NCBI GenBank assembly: GCA_031409655.1 | Contig: JANNXQ010000181.1 | Location: forward strand, 1 to 27,668 | From: Chthoniobacteraceae bacterium | GTDB taxonomy: Bacteria; Verrucomicrobiota; Verrucomicrobiia; Chthoniobacterales; Chthoniobacteraceae | Length of the DNA: 27,668 nucleotides | Direction of reading: 5' to 3' | Shown here: positions 7,952 through 15,718 of the stretch, in pieces | Layout: the number at the start of each line of letters is the position of its first letter | How positions within the stretch are numbered: the first letter of the stretch is position 1 | The notes under the pieces: model-generated | What the model was told of the DNA's origin: nothing | The model's database searches: none | The model's input: the letters and a program-made list of their open reading frames with translations, nothing else | Position numbers and translations under genes: made by a program

Positions 7952-9099
7952 TTCTTCGGAAAGGGTGGGAGATTCGGCCGGTAGCGCGGGTAGTTCGCCT
8001 TCACCCACGCGATGAAATCCACCTCCAGTTCCTCGAGGGTCAGCGGCATCGGGTTCACCGCTTCGCTCGGCCGCACGAGCACACCCCCGATGGTGTTCGG
8101 CCAGATCGGCATCGGTCCCGCCGGGTCGCCCTTCACCACTTCCCACGATCGCGCGGGACGCTCCGCCGCCATGCGCTCGATCCCGGGCCGCCGACTCACG
8201 ATCTCCCGTTGCTTCACGAACCATTCGCGAAGGATCTGATCCATCAGTTTCCCAGACGCCTGCTGGACGACCACGTAGCGGAAAAAGGGCAGCCCACCGC
8301 GCGCGGTGAGATATTCGATGACGGCCAGCGCCTGGGTGTAAAATCGCGACGCCGCCACCGCGTCGTCGGCCAGCATCTCGGCGGTATCGGTCAGCGATTG
8401 CTTCTGCGTGGCCTTGTAGGCCTCCACCTTCTTGCGCATTTCCTCCGCATTGCCGGCCTCGATCTGGATCACCTCCGCCCGCCCGTTCGCTCCCGGATGA
8501 TCCATGCTAAAAAACGCCCGGAATGGAAGGCGCCGGCTCAGCTTGAAACTCTTGCGCCGCTCAGCCTTGGTCGCGTCGGGCTCGTGATAGACGGCGACCG
8601 CCTCATCGATCCAATCCGGCAGGAAGGAGCCGTAGCCATTGAACCGGCTGCGCAGCGCTTCCACCGCGTTGAAGTTCACCACGTAGATGAGTTGCATGTG
8701 CGCCGCCTCATGGGTCAGGGCGGTCTCGATACCCCCAGGCCGCTGGGCCGCGGCATTTTCATTGGCAAACCAGGAGAGACTCCAGTGCGTGCCATCCGCC
8801 GCCGGGGGCTGCGCGGTGAGCGGGAAAGCGTTCATCATGGCCGTCGCCGCTCCCCCCGCGGTCATCACGCTGCCCGTTGGGCTATTGGTGAAAGTGATCC
8901 GCCCACGCGGCACTTTCACTCCCATGAGCGTCTCAAAGATCCGCGCCGACCACTCGAGCTGCTTCTGCCTTTCGGTCAGGATCGGCACCGTCGGCGCGAT
9001 CAGCACGTAGTTCGTGGACTGCGCCGCGACCGCCGCGAGCCCCGACCCGCGAGATCCGAGCGCGCAGATCGCGGCGACGAGAAAGATGGTCGGTTTCAT
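7948..9099 (-). CDS. Exported putative zinc metallopeptidase (gluzincin / peptidase MA-like)
   Basis: Signal peptide MKPTIFLVAAICALG...AVAA; LTHEAAH followed by LPDWIDEAVAVY (third-ligand Glu) and a later FYTQA...IEYL. Confidence 0.7.
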   Translation of the reverse strand: MKPTIFLVAAICALGSRGSGLAAVAAQSTNYVLIAPTVPILTERQKQLEWSARIFETLMGVKVPRGRITFTNSPTGSVMTAGGAATAMMNAFPLTAQPPAADGTHWSLSWFANENAAAQRPGGIETALTHEAAHMQLIYVVNFNAVEALRSRFNGYGSFLPDWIDEAVAVYHEPDATKAERRKSFKLSRRLPFRAFFSMDHPGANGRAEVIQIEAGNAEEMRKKVEAYKATQKQSLTDTAEMLADDAVAASRFYTQALAVIEYLTARGGLPFFRYVVVQQASGKLMDQILREWFVKQREIVSRRPGIERMAAERPARSWEVVKGDPAGPMPIWPNTIGGVLVRPSEAVNPMPLTLEELEVDFIAWVKANYPRYRPNLPPFPKK

Positions 9100-9206
9100 G
9101 GAGAACGTTCGCACGGCGCGGAAAATGCCATCCCGCGACAATCCAGCAATGAGAAGATGCTGAGGAAAAACGGGGCACGACCACCGGGCACCCTCCGCCT
9201 CCCGAC

Positions 9207-9479
9207 TCAGCCCAGCGGGACTCGGATCGGCTGCGTCTTGCTCTTCGGATTTAGATCCGGCGGAATCGCTCCTACGACCCGTGCCTCGAGTCCGATCTTC
9301 CGAAAGATAGACCGAATCTGCTGAATGCTCAGCGTCGGCTCTTCAAAGTCCAGATAGACGATGTCATGGTTGCTATCGACCTTGTACCGCAAGCCCGGCA
9401 CGGCCTCGAGTTCGTGATCCAACTCCAGAATCTTTTCCAGACTCCTGACACCTGCGGCATAGACCTCGACTTCGATCAT
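9207..9479 (-). CDS. Small hypothetical protein; possible HMA/ferredoxin-like fold without metal-binding cysteines
   Basis: 90-aa ORF with a beta-alpha-beta-beta-alpha-beta-like pattern (LEAVPGL.YKVD....IVYLDFEEPTLSIQQIRSIFRKIGL); AT-rich leader. Confidence 0.7.
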   Translation of the reverse strand: MIEVEVYAAGVRSLEKILELDHELEAVPGLRYKVDSNHDIVYLDFEEPTLSIQQIRSIFRKIGLEARVVGAIPPDLNPKSKTQPIRVPLG

Positions 9480-9616
9480 AAATATTTACTTTGTAACGAC
9501 GACCGAAACCTAAGCGGCAGCAGCAAACTCCCGCAAGGGGGATTTTTCCCATCTGACGGACACCTTCACCCGCAAACGTCGGCACCCAGCCCCTTCGAGG
9601 GATGGCAGGACCAGCC

Positions 9617-10642
9617 TCAGTAGGCCGCTTGGACGCCTTTGATCGAGCGTTTCGGCATCCACGGCATCAGCGCGCGCAGCTTTTCGCCCGTCTTCTCGAT
9701 GCCATGTTTCTCTCCCGCTTTCAGGAGCGCGTTATACTTCTTGTAGCCGCCTTCGTATTCCTTCACCCAATCCTTGGCGAACTTGCCGTTCTGGATGTCT
9801 TTGAGCGCGGCTTTCATCCGCTTTTTGACGCCCGCGTCGATGATCTTCGGGCCGACGCTCACATCGCCCCACTTCGCCGTCTCGGAGATCGAGAAGCGCA
9901 TCCCCGCGATGCCCTTCTCATTCATCAGATCGACGATCAGCTTCAACTCGTGGAGACACTCGAAGTAGGCCATCTCCGGCGAATATCCCGCCTCGACCAG
10001 CACCTCAAACCCCGCCTGCACCAGCGCGGTGCAGCCGCCGCAAAGCACGGTCTGCTCACCGAAGAGATCGGTCTCGGTTTCTTCCTTGAAATCCGTCTCG
10101 ATCACACCCGCCCGGGTACCGCCGATTCCCTTGGCCCACGCAAGGGCGATCTTCTTCGCGTCCTTGCCGGGGTTTTGGTAGATCGCGATCAACGCCGGGA
10201 CGCCTTTGCCCTCGGTATATTGGCGCCGGACGATGTGGCCCGGGCCCTTCGGCGCGACCATGATGATGTTCACGTCCTTCGGCGGGACGATCGTTTTGAA
10301 ATGGATGGAGAAACCGTGGCTGAAGACCAGCGTCTTGCCCTTGGTGAGGTTCGGACGGATGTCCTTCTCAAATGCCGCGGCCTGCTTCGTGTCCGGCAGT
10401 GCCACCATGATGACGTCGGCCATCTTCACCGCATCTGCGGTGTCAAAAACCTGGAAGCCCTTTTCCTTGGCCACGGCCCGGGACTGACTCGTCGGATAAA
10501 GGCCGATGATCACTTTGACGCCCGACTCCTTCAGATTCAGCGCGTGCGCATGGCCTTGGGAGCCAAAGCCGAGCACGGCGCAGGTTTTGTTTTTGAGAAC
10601 GGAGAGATCGGCGTCTTTGTCGGTGTAGATTTTGGCAGGCAT
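9617..10642 (-). CDS. ilvC: Ketol-acid reductoisomerase (class I)
   Basis: MPAKIYTDKDADL, GFGSQGHAHALNLKESG, APKGPGH, EETETDLFGEQTVLCGG, AYFECLHELKLIVDL; 341 aa from ATG 10642. Confidence 0.98.
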   Translation of the reverse strand: MPAKIYTDKDADLSVLKNKTCAVLGFGSQGHAHALNLKESGVKVIIGLYPTSQSRAVAKEKGFQVFDTADAVKMADVIMVALPDTKQAAAFEKDIRPNLTKGKTLVFSHGFSIHFKTIVPPKDVNIIMVAPKGPGHIVRRQYTEGKGVPALIAIYQNPGKDAKKIALAWAKGIGGTRAGVIETDFKEETETDLFGEQTVLCGGCTALVQAGFEVLVEAGYSPEMAYFECLHELKLIVDLMNEKGIAGMRFSISETAKWGDVSVGPKIIDAGVKKRMKAALKDIQNGKFAKDWVKEYEGGYKKYNALLKAGEKHGIEKTGEKLRALMPWMPKRSIKGVQAAY

Positions 10643-10658
10643 AAGGGAAAGGCGGCGG

Positions 10659-10686
10659 AGGCTAGCGGGCTCCGCGAAAGTGTCAA
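10659..10686 (-). promoter_or_regulatory. Putative sigma70-type promoter of ilvC
   Basis: Minus strand TTGACA-N16-TAGCCT ending 16 nt before the ATG; the leader is C/T-rich with no SD. Confidence 0.6.
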
Positions 10687-10755
10687 CGATCCCGCGACGA
10701 AGCTTTCGCGCTTTCTGGCGCCACCGTTCCCGATTCCGCCAGGAGAGAGCGCCCG

Positions 10756-11190
10756 CTACTCGTCCCCCAACCCGTGGCAAATCTTAAAAGGAAGCCCGCT
10801 GCCGCAGTAGCAGACCTGCATGTGTAACATCATCCGCCGGGGCTCGACGGGTTCCCCTGCCCAGCAAAGCTTCGAGTCGGGCAGGAAGAGAATGTGGGTC
10901 TGCGCATCGGTCCGCGGCGTGACGTCGAGCAAAGTGCCATCCGGACAGAGCCAGACCGCATGCATCGTCCCCTCGACGAAGGCGGTGGGCTGCTCCCGCA
11001 GACTCCATCCGGCCTGCACCGCCCCTCCACGACGAGACACCATCGCGCGGACGTTTTCATAGGAGCGGTCGAGCGCGCATTCCGCCCCCGGCTCCACCGC
11101 CACGTGGTCCGGCACCGCAAAGGCATCAAGCTGCCGCGCGAGTTTCAGGATCGCTCTGGTGATCGGCGGAGAGAGTGGTGGCTCGGACAT
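10756..11190 (-). CDS. SEC-C motif-containing protein
   Basis: C-terminal CYCGSGLPFKICHG (SEC-C). The N-terminal domain has YENV..V...GG....GW, HAVW...DG.LLDVTP. Confidence 0.8.
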   Translation of the reverse strand: MSEPPLSPPITRAILKLARQLDAFAVPDHVAVEPGAECALDRSYENVRAMVSRRGGAVQAGWSLREQPTAFVEGTMHAVWLCPDGTLLDVTPRTDAQTHILFLPDSKLCWAGEPVEPRRMMLHMQVCYCGSGLPFKICHGLGDE

Positions 11191-11203
11191 CAGACGGGCG
11201 TCC

Positions 11204-11557
11204 TCACCAGACCCGGGTGACGGGCTTGTCCGAAGGGTGGCTGAGTTTGCGCGCGGCAAACTCGGCATTCAGCGTCACCGTGGTCGCGATGAAAGTCTCC
11301 AGCCCGGCGGCGACTCCGCGATAGGCCTTCCCGACTTTCGTGACCAGACCGGCATGCACGAGATTTTGCAGTTTCTCGTAAGCCCGCAAGCGCAGCATCT
11401 CTTCGCCGCCACTGGCGGCATTGCGCGCTTTCAGATTGGCGTGCACGAGGGAGAAGAGCGGCTTGAATTCAAAGGAATCCTTGCTCGAAAGGATGGCGGC
11501 AAGCTCTTCAGCCACCCGATCCGGACCGCGACGCGAAAAACCGTAGGTTGATTTCAT
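11204..11557 (-). CDS. Hypothetical protein (possible winged-helix-like)
   Basis: Fills the gap between the SEC-C gene and ilvN on the same strand; helical EEMLRLRAYEKLQNLVHAGLVTKVGKAY ending in a beta-hairpin-like segment. Confidence 0.7.
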   Translation of the reverse strand: MKSTYGFSRRGPDRVAEELAAILSSKDSFEFKPLFSLVHANLKARNAASGGEEMLRLRAYEKLQNLVHAGLVTKVGKAYRGVAAGLETFIATTVTLNAEFAARKLSHPSDKPVTRVW

Positions 11558-11648
11558 CCACTCCCATAGCGGCAATCCGCAAGATAGCGAAGGATGGTTT
11601 CCCCGGCGCGCCTTTGCCTCCGCCGTCGGACCCGTCCGCGATCGCCGC

Positions 11649-12128
11649 TCAGCTCGACTTCCGCGCCAGCGCCACGCGGCCCGTGCGGGTCAGTTCGATG
11701 ATGCCAAACTTCTCCATCAGCATCAGGAATTTCTCCACCTTGCTTTCATTGCCGGTGATCTCGATCGCGAGATTGTTGTGCTGCACGTCGATGATCTTCG
11801 CGCGGAAGATGTCGCACATTTGCATGACCTCGGCACGGCTCACGGCATTCACCGAGACGCGCATCATGATGAGTTCGCGCTCGACCACTTCGTCATCGCG
11901 GAAGTCTTCGATCTTGATCACATCGACGAGCTTGTTGAGCTGCTTTGTCACCTGCTCGAGCACGGTGTCGTCGCCCCGCACCACGATCGTCATCCGCGAG
12001 GTCGAAGGGTCCAGGGAGGGCGCGACATTGAGCGTATCGATATTAAATCCGCGCCCCGAGAACATCCCGGCGATGCGGGTCAAAACGCCGAATTTATTCT
12101 CAACGAGGACGGAAATCGTGTGGCGCAT
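11649..12128 (-). CDS. ilvN: Acetolactate synthase small (regulatory) subunit
   Basis: MRHTISVLVENKFGVLTRIAGMFSGRGFNIDTLNV (ACT domain), EQVTKQLNKLVDVIKI, ERELIM, IIELTRTG.VAL; 159 aa. Confidence 0.97.
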   Translation of the reverse strand: MRHTISVLVENKFGVLTRIAGMFSGRGFNIDTLNVAPSLDPSTSRMTIVVRGDDTVLEQVTKQLNKLVDVIKIEDFRDDEVVERELIMMRVSVNAVSRAEVMQMCDIFRAKIIDVQHNNLAIEITGNESKVEKFLMLMEKFGIIELTRTGRVALARKSS

Positions 12129-12140
12129 AAAAGGGCGCGG

Positions 12141-12169
12141 AGTGTCTGCGGGCGATTTTAGTGAGTCAA
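12141..12169 (-). promoter_or_regulatory. Putative sigma70-type promoter of ilvN
   Basis: Minus strand TTGACT-N17-GACACT ending 12 nt before the ATG. Confidence 0.45.
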
Positions 12170-12210
12170 ACGCAAACTGGCCGTGCGCCGATCGGGCACG
12201 AGCAGCCACC

Positions 12211-13545
12211 CTACGGCTGCCCCAGCGCCGCACAGACGATCTCCTCGTCGTTGCGGGCGAAGACGTGGCGGTTTGCGTAGGCCGGGTGCGACCAGTTCAC
12301 CGCGCCGCGCTCGCGGCGTCCGCCGCGGGAGGTGGGCTTGAGCAGTTCGGTCCGGGAGATTTCCTCAAAGCCCTTGGGCGAGAGCTTCGCGAGGAGGAGT
12401 TCGCCGCGGTCGTTATTGATCAAGTAACGGTCGCCATTGCGCACGATGAAGGCGGTGGCCCAGCGCGCTTTTTCCCGCGTGAGATCCATCGTCTCCCAGA
12501 CCCGCTCGCCAGTGCGCGCGTCGAGGCAGCGGAGCTGGCCGTAGCTGCACACGCCGTAGAGGTGATCGCCGTCGAGCACCGGAGTATTGATCAGGGCGTG
12601 CAGGCCCGTGGTATTGATCTCCCCAGCCCGGGTGTCGCTCCACAGGGTGCTCGCGGCGGGTTTGGCGGGATCGAGCGTAAACATCATCGAGCCATTGTAA
12701 AATGCGGAGACCAGCAGCCGCGTGCCGTCAAAGATCGGCGTCGCCACCGTGAGCCCCGAGCGGATTTCCCACGGCTCCTGCCAATGCACTTTCCCGCTCG
12801 CGGGATCCAGCGAGACCACCGCCGTCGGCGTCCAGACGATGCACTGCCGCGTGCCGCCAGCATCGATCAGCAGGGGCTGGCCATAGCCCGGATCGCTGCC
12901 GCCCGGGAGCGCGCGCCACAGTTCCGCACCGGTCAGCTTGTCAAAGGCGACCACCATCGCGTCGGGCCGCCCGCCGACGAGACAGATCAGTCGCGGCCCA
13001 TCCACCAAGGGTGCCCCGGCCATGCCCCACACCGGCACCGGCGTCCCATATTCCTTCTGGTAGTCCTTCCGCCACCGCACCGCTCCCGTCTCCACATCGA
13101 GACAAGCCAGCGTGCCCGTGGCCCCGAGAAAATAGACGCGGTCACCATCCACCGTTGGCGTGGCGCGCGGCCCGATGGCATAAGCCGGCATTAGCGGGCG
13201 GTAATCCGCCGCCCACTGCTGCTCCCACAGGACCTTGCCGGTCTTTTCATCGAGACAGAGCGCGCGCTCCGTGCCCGCCGGAAAATCCGTCGGCGAAAAA
13301 TCACTGACCAACACCCGCCCACCCGCCACCGCCGGCCCGGAGTAACCACCGCGGATCGGCACGCGCCAGCGGAAGGCGAGACCTTGCGCGGGAAATTTCT
13401 CCACGATCCCCGTCTCGCGCCAGACGCCCGTGCGGCCCGCGCCACGCCACTCCGGCCAGTCTTCCGCCGCCAGATCCATCTGCGCCAGGCAAAGCGCACC
13501 GAGCGCGAGGGCCGCGAGATCCCGCGAGTGAGTGGAAAGGGGCAT
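12211..13545 (-). CDS. Exported PQQ-binding-like beta-propeller repeat protein
   Basis: Signal peptide then DWPEWRG..R.G, GGYSGPAVAGGRV, repeated CLD..TG..LW, GPRATPTVDG, WSHPAYAN..VFARND; a family common in PVC genomes. Confidence 0.88.
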   Translation of the reverse strand: MPLSTHSRDLAALALGALCLAQMDLAAEDWPEWRGAGRTGVWRETGIVEKFPAQGLAFRWRVPIRGGYSGPAVAGGRVLVSDFSPTDFPAGTERALCLDEKTGKVLWEQQWAADYRPLMPAYAIGPRATPTVDGDRVYFLGATGTLACLDVETGAVRWRKDYQKEYGTPVPVWGMAGAPLVDGPRLICLVGGRPDAMVVAFDKLTGAELWRALPGGSDPGYGQPLLIDAGGTRQCIVWTPTAVVSLDPASGKVHWQEPWEIRSGLTVATPIFDGTRLLVSAFYNGSMMFTLDPAKPAASTLWSDTRAGEINTTGLHALINTPVLDGDHLYGVCSYGQLRCLDARTGERVWETMDLTREKARWATAFIVRNGDRYLINNDRGELLLAKLSPKGFEEISRTELLKPTSRGGRRERGAVNWSHPAYANRHVFARNDEEIVCAALGQP

Positions 13546-13549
13546 GGCT

Positions 13550-14725
13550 TTACATCCGCCCGTGGAGGATCTCCAGGGCGAGGAGGGCGTAGCTGGTGAC
13601 GAGCACCGGATCCTTTTCCATCCAGCGCGCGGTGTCATTGGCCCAGGAGCCGTTACCCTGCTGGAGGTTGATAAGTTTCAGCGCCGTCGCGCGCGCCCAA
13701 TCCACTTTCTTTCCGTCGGTGGTGGCCAGCTCTTTGACTCCGCTCGCCGCGAGGCCCTTGGTCATGAGGTGGAGGTAGTAATAGTAGCCTTGCTTCTCCA
13801 GGCCGGGGTTTTCTTCGAGGGTGTAGTTCTTGGCGAGCCAGTCGAGCGCAGCGGCGACGCGGGGGTCGTCCTTTTTCACATCGGCGTAGATGAAACTAAG
13901 CAGGCCGGCATAAGTCATGGTGCCGTAACTCCGCAGCGCCTTCTTGCCGTCCGGCAGGTCTTGTTCGCCCGCATTGCTAAAGCCGGGGTAATAAACGAAG
14001 CCCCCTTTGTTTGCCGGATCGTCACTGGCCCAGGGCTGGCCATTGCTCGTCAGATTCTGGCAGCGGCTGACAAAGTCGATCGCGGCCTGCCAGTTCAAGT
14101 CCTTGCCGGCGGCGAGTTCGGTGGTCGGGCGGGAGTCTTTGTAGGCGCGCAGGGCTTCGAGGGTGACGAGGGTGTTATCCAGATCGGGGTGCATGCGCTT
14201 CGGGCTCGCGCCGGTGGGACCGTAACCAAACCCGCCATTGAGTTCCGGCTTGGCCATGGTGGTCGCTTGCTGGCCGGAAATGAAACGGCGGGCCGCTTCG
14301 ATGAGCGGCTCGTCTTGCGGCTGATTGCCCTCCAGCAAGGCCATGAGCGCCACCGAGGTATTGTAGTTGGAAAGTCCCTTGCCGTAGATGCCACCATCGG
14401 GCTGGGCCTGGGAACGCAGATAGGTGAGAGCTTTCCCGGCAAAGGCAGGAAGCTGCTCAAATTTCCCCGAAGGATCGCGGAGCAACGCGCTCAGCGGCAG
14501 CGCGGTGAGGGCCGGATGATCCTGGGCATTCTGCGCACTCTCGGGATTGGCAAAGGAGCCATCGGCCTGCTGCGTGGTCTTCAGCCACGCGACGCCTTTG
14601 TCGATGGCAAGCTGGATTTCATTGCGGAGGGAAGCGCTGGCCTGGCTCCTGGCGATGGCCTCCTGTGCGCTGAGCGCCGGGGTGAGAAAAGTAAGTGCGG
14701 TCAGTAACGCGAGGGTGGTTTTCAT
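13550..14725 (-). CDS. Exported prenyltransferase/squalene-oxidase (QW) repeat protein, terpene cyclase-like alpha-barrel
   Basis: Signal peptide; AIDKGVAWL..QQADGSF, ALTYL..AQPDGGIY, GGFGY...PDLDNT, GGFVY, YGTMTYAGL, QQGNGSW. Confidence 0.85.
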   Translation of the reverse strand: MKTTLALLTALTFLTPALSAQEAIARSQASASLRNEIQLAIDKGVAWLKTTQQADGSFANPESAQNAQDHPALTALPLSALLRDPSGKFEQLPAFAGKALTYLRSQAQPDGGIYGKGLSNYNTSVALMALLEGNQPQDEPLIEAARRFISGQQATTMAKPELNGGFGYGPTGASPKRMHPDLDNTLVTLEALRAYKDSRPTTELAAGKDLNWQAAIDFVSRCQNLTSNGQPWASDDPANKGGFVYYPGFSNAGEQDLPDGKKALRSYGTMTYAGLLSFIYADVKKDDPRVAAALDWLAKNYTLEENPGLEKQGYYYYLHLMTKGLAASGVKELATTDGKKVDWARATALKLINLQQGNGSWANDTARWMEKDPVLVTSYALLALEILHGRM

Positions 14726-15444
14726 TTTGCGGGAGTTTCCAAGGTAATGATGAGATGGAGTTCGGTATCGACCGGCAGGACGGCTTTCGCGTTCACCGCC
14801 CAGATATTGTCCTGATCGTTACCTTTGCGCGGATTATTGATCAAGGCTGGCGGATAGGTGACCAGCGCGCCGAAACAGCCTTCCGTCTGCGCGCGGAATC
14901 GTCCCTCAAGAAAAGACGAGCCCGTGTAGAGCCAGGGGCCGCGCGCCATGGGTTTGCTGGTTTGCAGATTGAGGATCCAGTCCTCGATGGGCGTGGACTT
15001 CTCGGCGCCGTCCGCGCCTTGCCACTTGGCGGAAATTTGAATGGGGTCGCCGGTGAGCTTGGGCGCGTGCTTGAGGAATTCGGAGTTGATCTGCCCGCCG
15101 CCGAGGTCCTCGGGCCGGCCCGCGGAATCTCCGGCGCCCTTGGCCCCGAGGAGGAGCATGGCAAAGTGCAAATCCGTCGGCACGACCGCGGTGAGGAGCA
15201 GGCTCTCGTGCGTCGGGCCATCGGCATTGACGAGGAGATACTCGAGCAGGTCGTCCTTGCCGGCCTTATTGACCGTGACCGGGAAAGTCACCGAGCGCGC
15301 CTTTTGATCGAGCCGGATCTGCCCGATCTCGAAGATACCCGGACTGACCTCGCGGATGGCCGGGCTCGCGGCGGGCGGATCCTGCGCCTGGACGGCGACC
15401 AGCCCGAGAAGACTCGTCAGGAAGGCAAGGCGAGTGAATTTCAT
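14722..15444 (-). CDS. Exported YdjY-like domain protein
   Basis: Signal peptide MKFTRLAFL...VQA; LLEYLLV...G.THESLL......DLHFAMLLLG, W.YTGS.F..G.F.A...G. Overlaps the next gene (ATGA). Confidence 0.72.
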   Translation of the reverse strand: MKFTRLAFLTSLLGLVAVQAQDPPAASPAIREVSPGIFEIGQIRLDQKARSVTFPVTVNKAGKDDLLEYLLVNADGPTHESLLLTAVVPTDLHFAMLLLGAKGAGDSAGRPEDLGGGQINSEFLKHAPKLTGDPIQISAKWQGADGAEKSTPIEDWILNLQTSKPMARGPWLYTGSSFLEGRFRAQTEGCFGALVTYPPALINNPRKGNDQDNIWAVNAKAVLPVDTELHLIITLETPAK

Positions 15445-15552
15445 GCGTGCAGCGGTGCGGCGTCTTCTCGGCGAAAACTGGGTGCGGGGCAACGGAGAAG
15501 CGCATCCGCGCAGTCCAAACGCCGAATCTCTGCGTTCAGGCGGCGCCATTTT

Positions 15553-15678
15553 GAAAACGCCAAGACGCGGAGACGCAGAGGTCGCAGAGGCTGAGCAGAA
15601 ACAGGAATTCTCCATCCATTCGGAGCGCCTTGGCGCATCCGCTCTGCGTCCTCTGCGCCTCGGCGCCTCGGCGTTTTC
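15553..15678. repeat. Palindromic element with 37-bp arms built of 8-9-nt units (GACGCAGAG-like)
   Basis: Left arm 15553-15589 gaaaacgccaagacgcggagacgcagaggtcgcagag; right arm 15642-15678 ctctgcgtcctctgcgcctcggcgcctcggcgttttc (32/37 complementary). Confidence 0.85.
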
Positions 15679-15718
15679 CAAATTCGCGGCAGGGTAAAAG
15701 CGAAACGACCGGCCGGAG

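Noticed and set aside
9527..9606. Hairpins downstream of ilvC as an intrinsic terminator or riboswitch
   Set aside because: Short imperfect stems without a convincing U-tract or recognisable aptamer.
12211..13545. Call as bamB or a PQQ dehydrogenase
   Set aside because: No lipobox or bam/der context, and the catalytic features cannot be confirmed; it fits the expanded PVC propeller family.
13550..14725. Call as squalene-hopene cyclase (shc)
   Set aside because: Only 391 aa, has a signal peptide, and has DLDN rather than DxDD.
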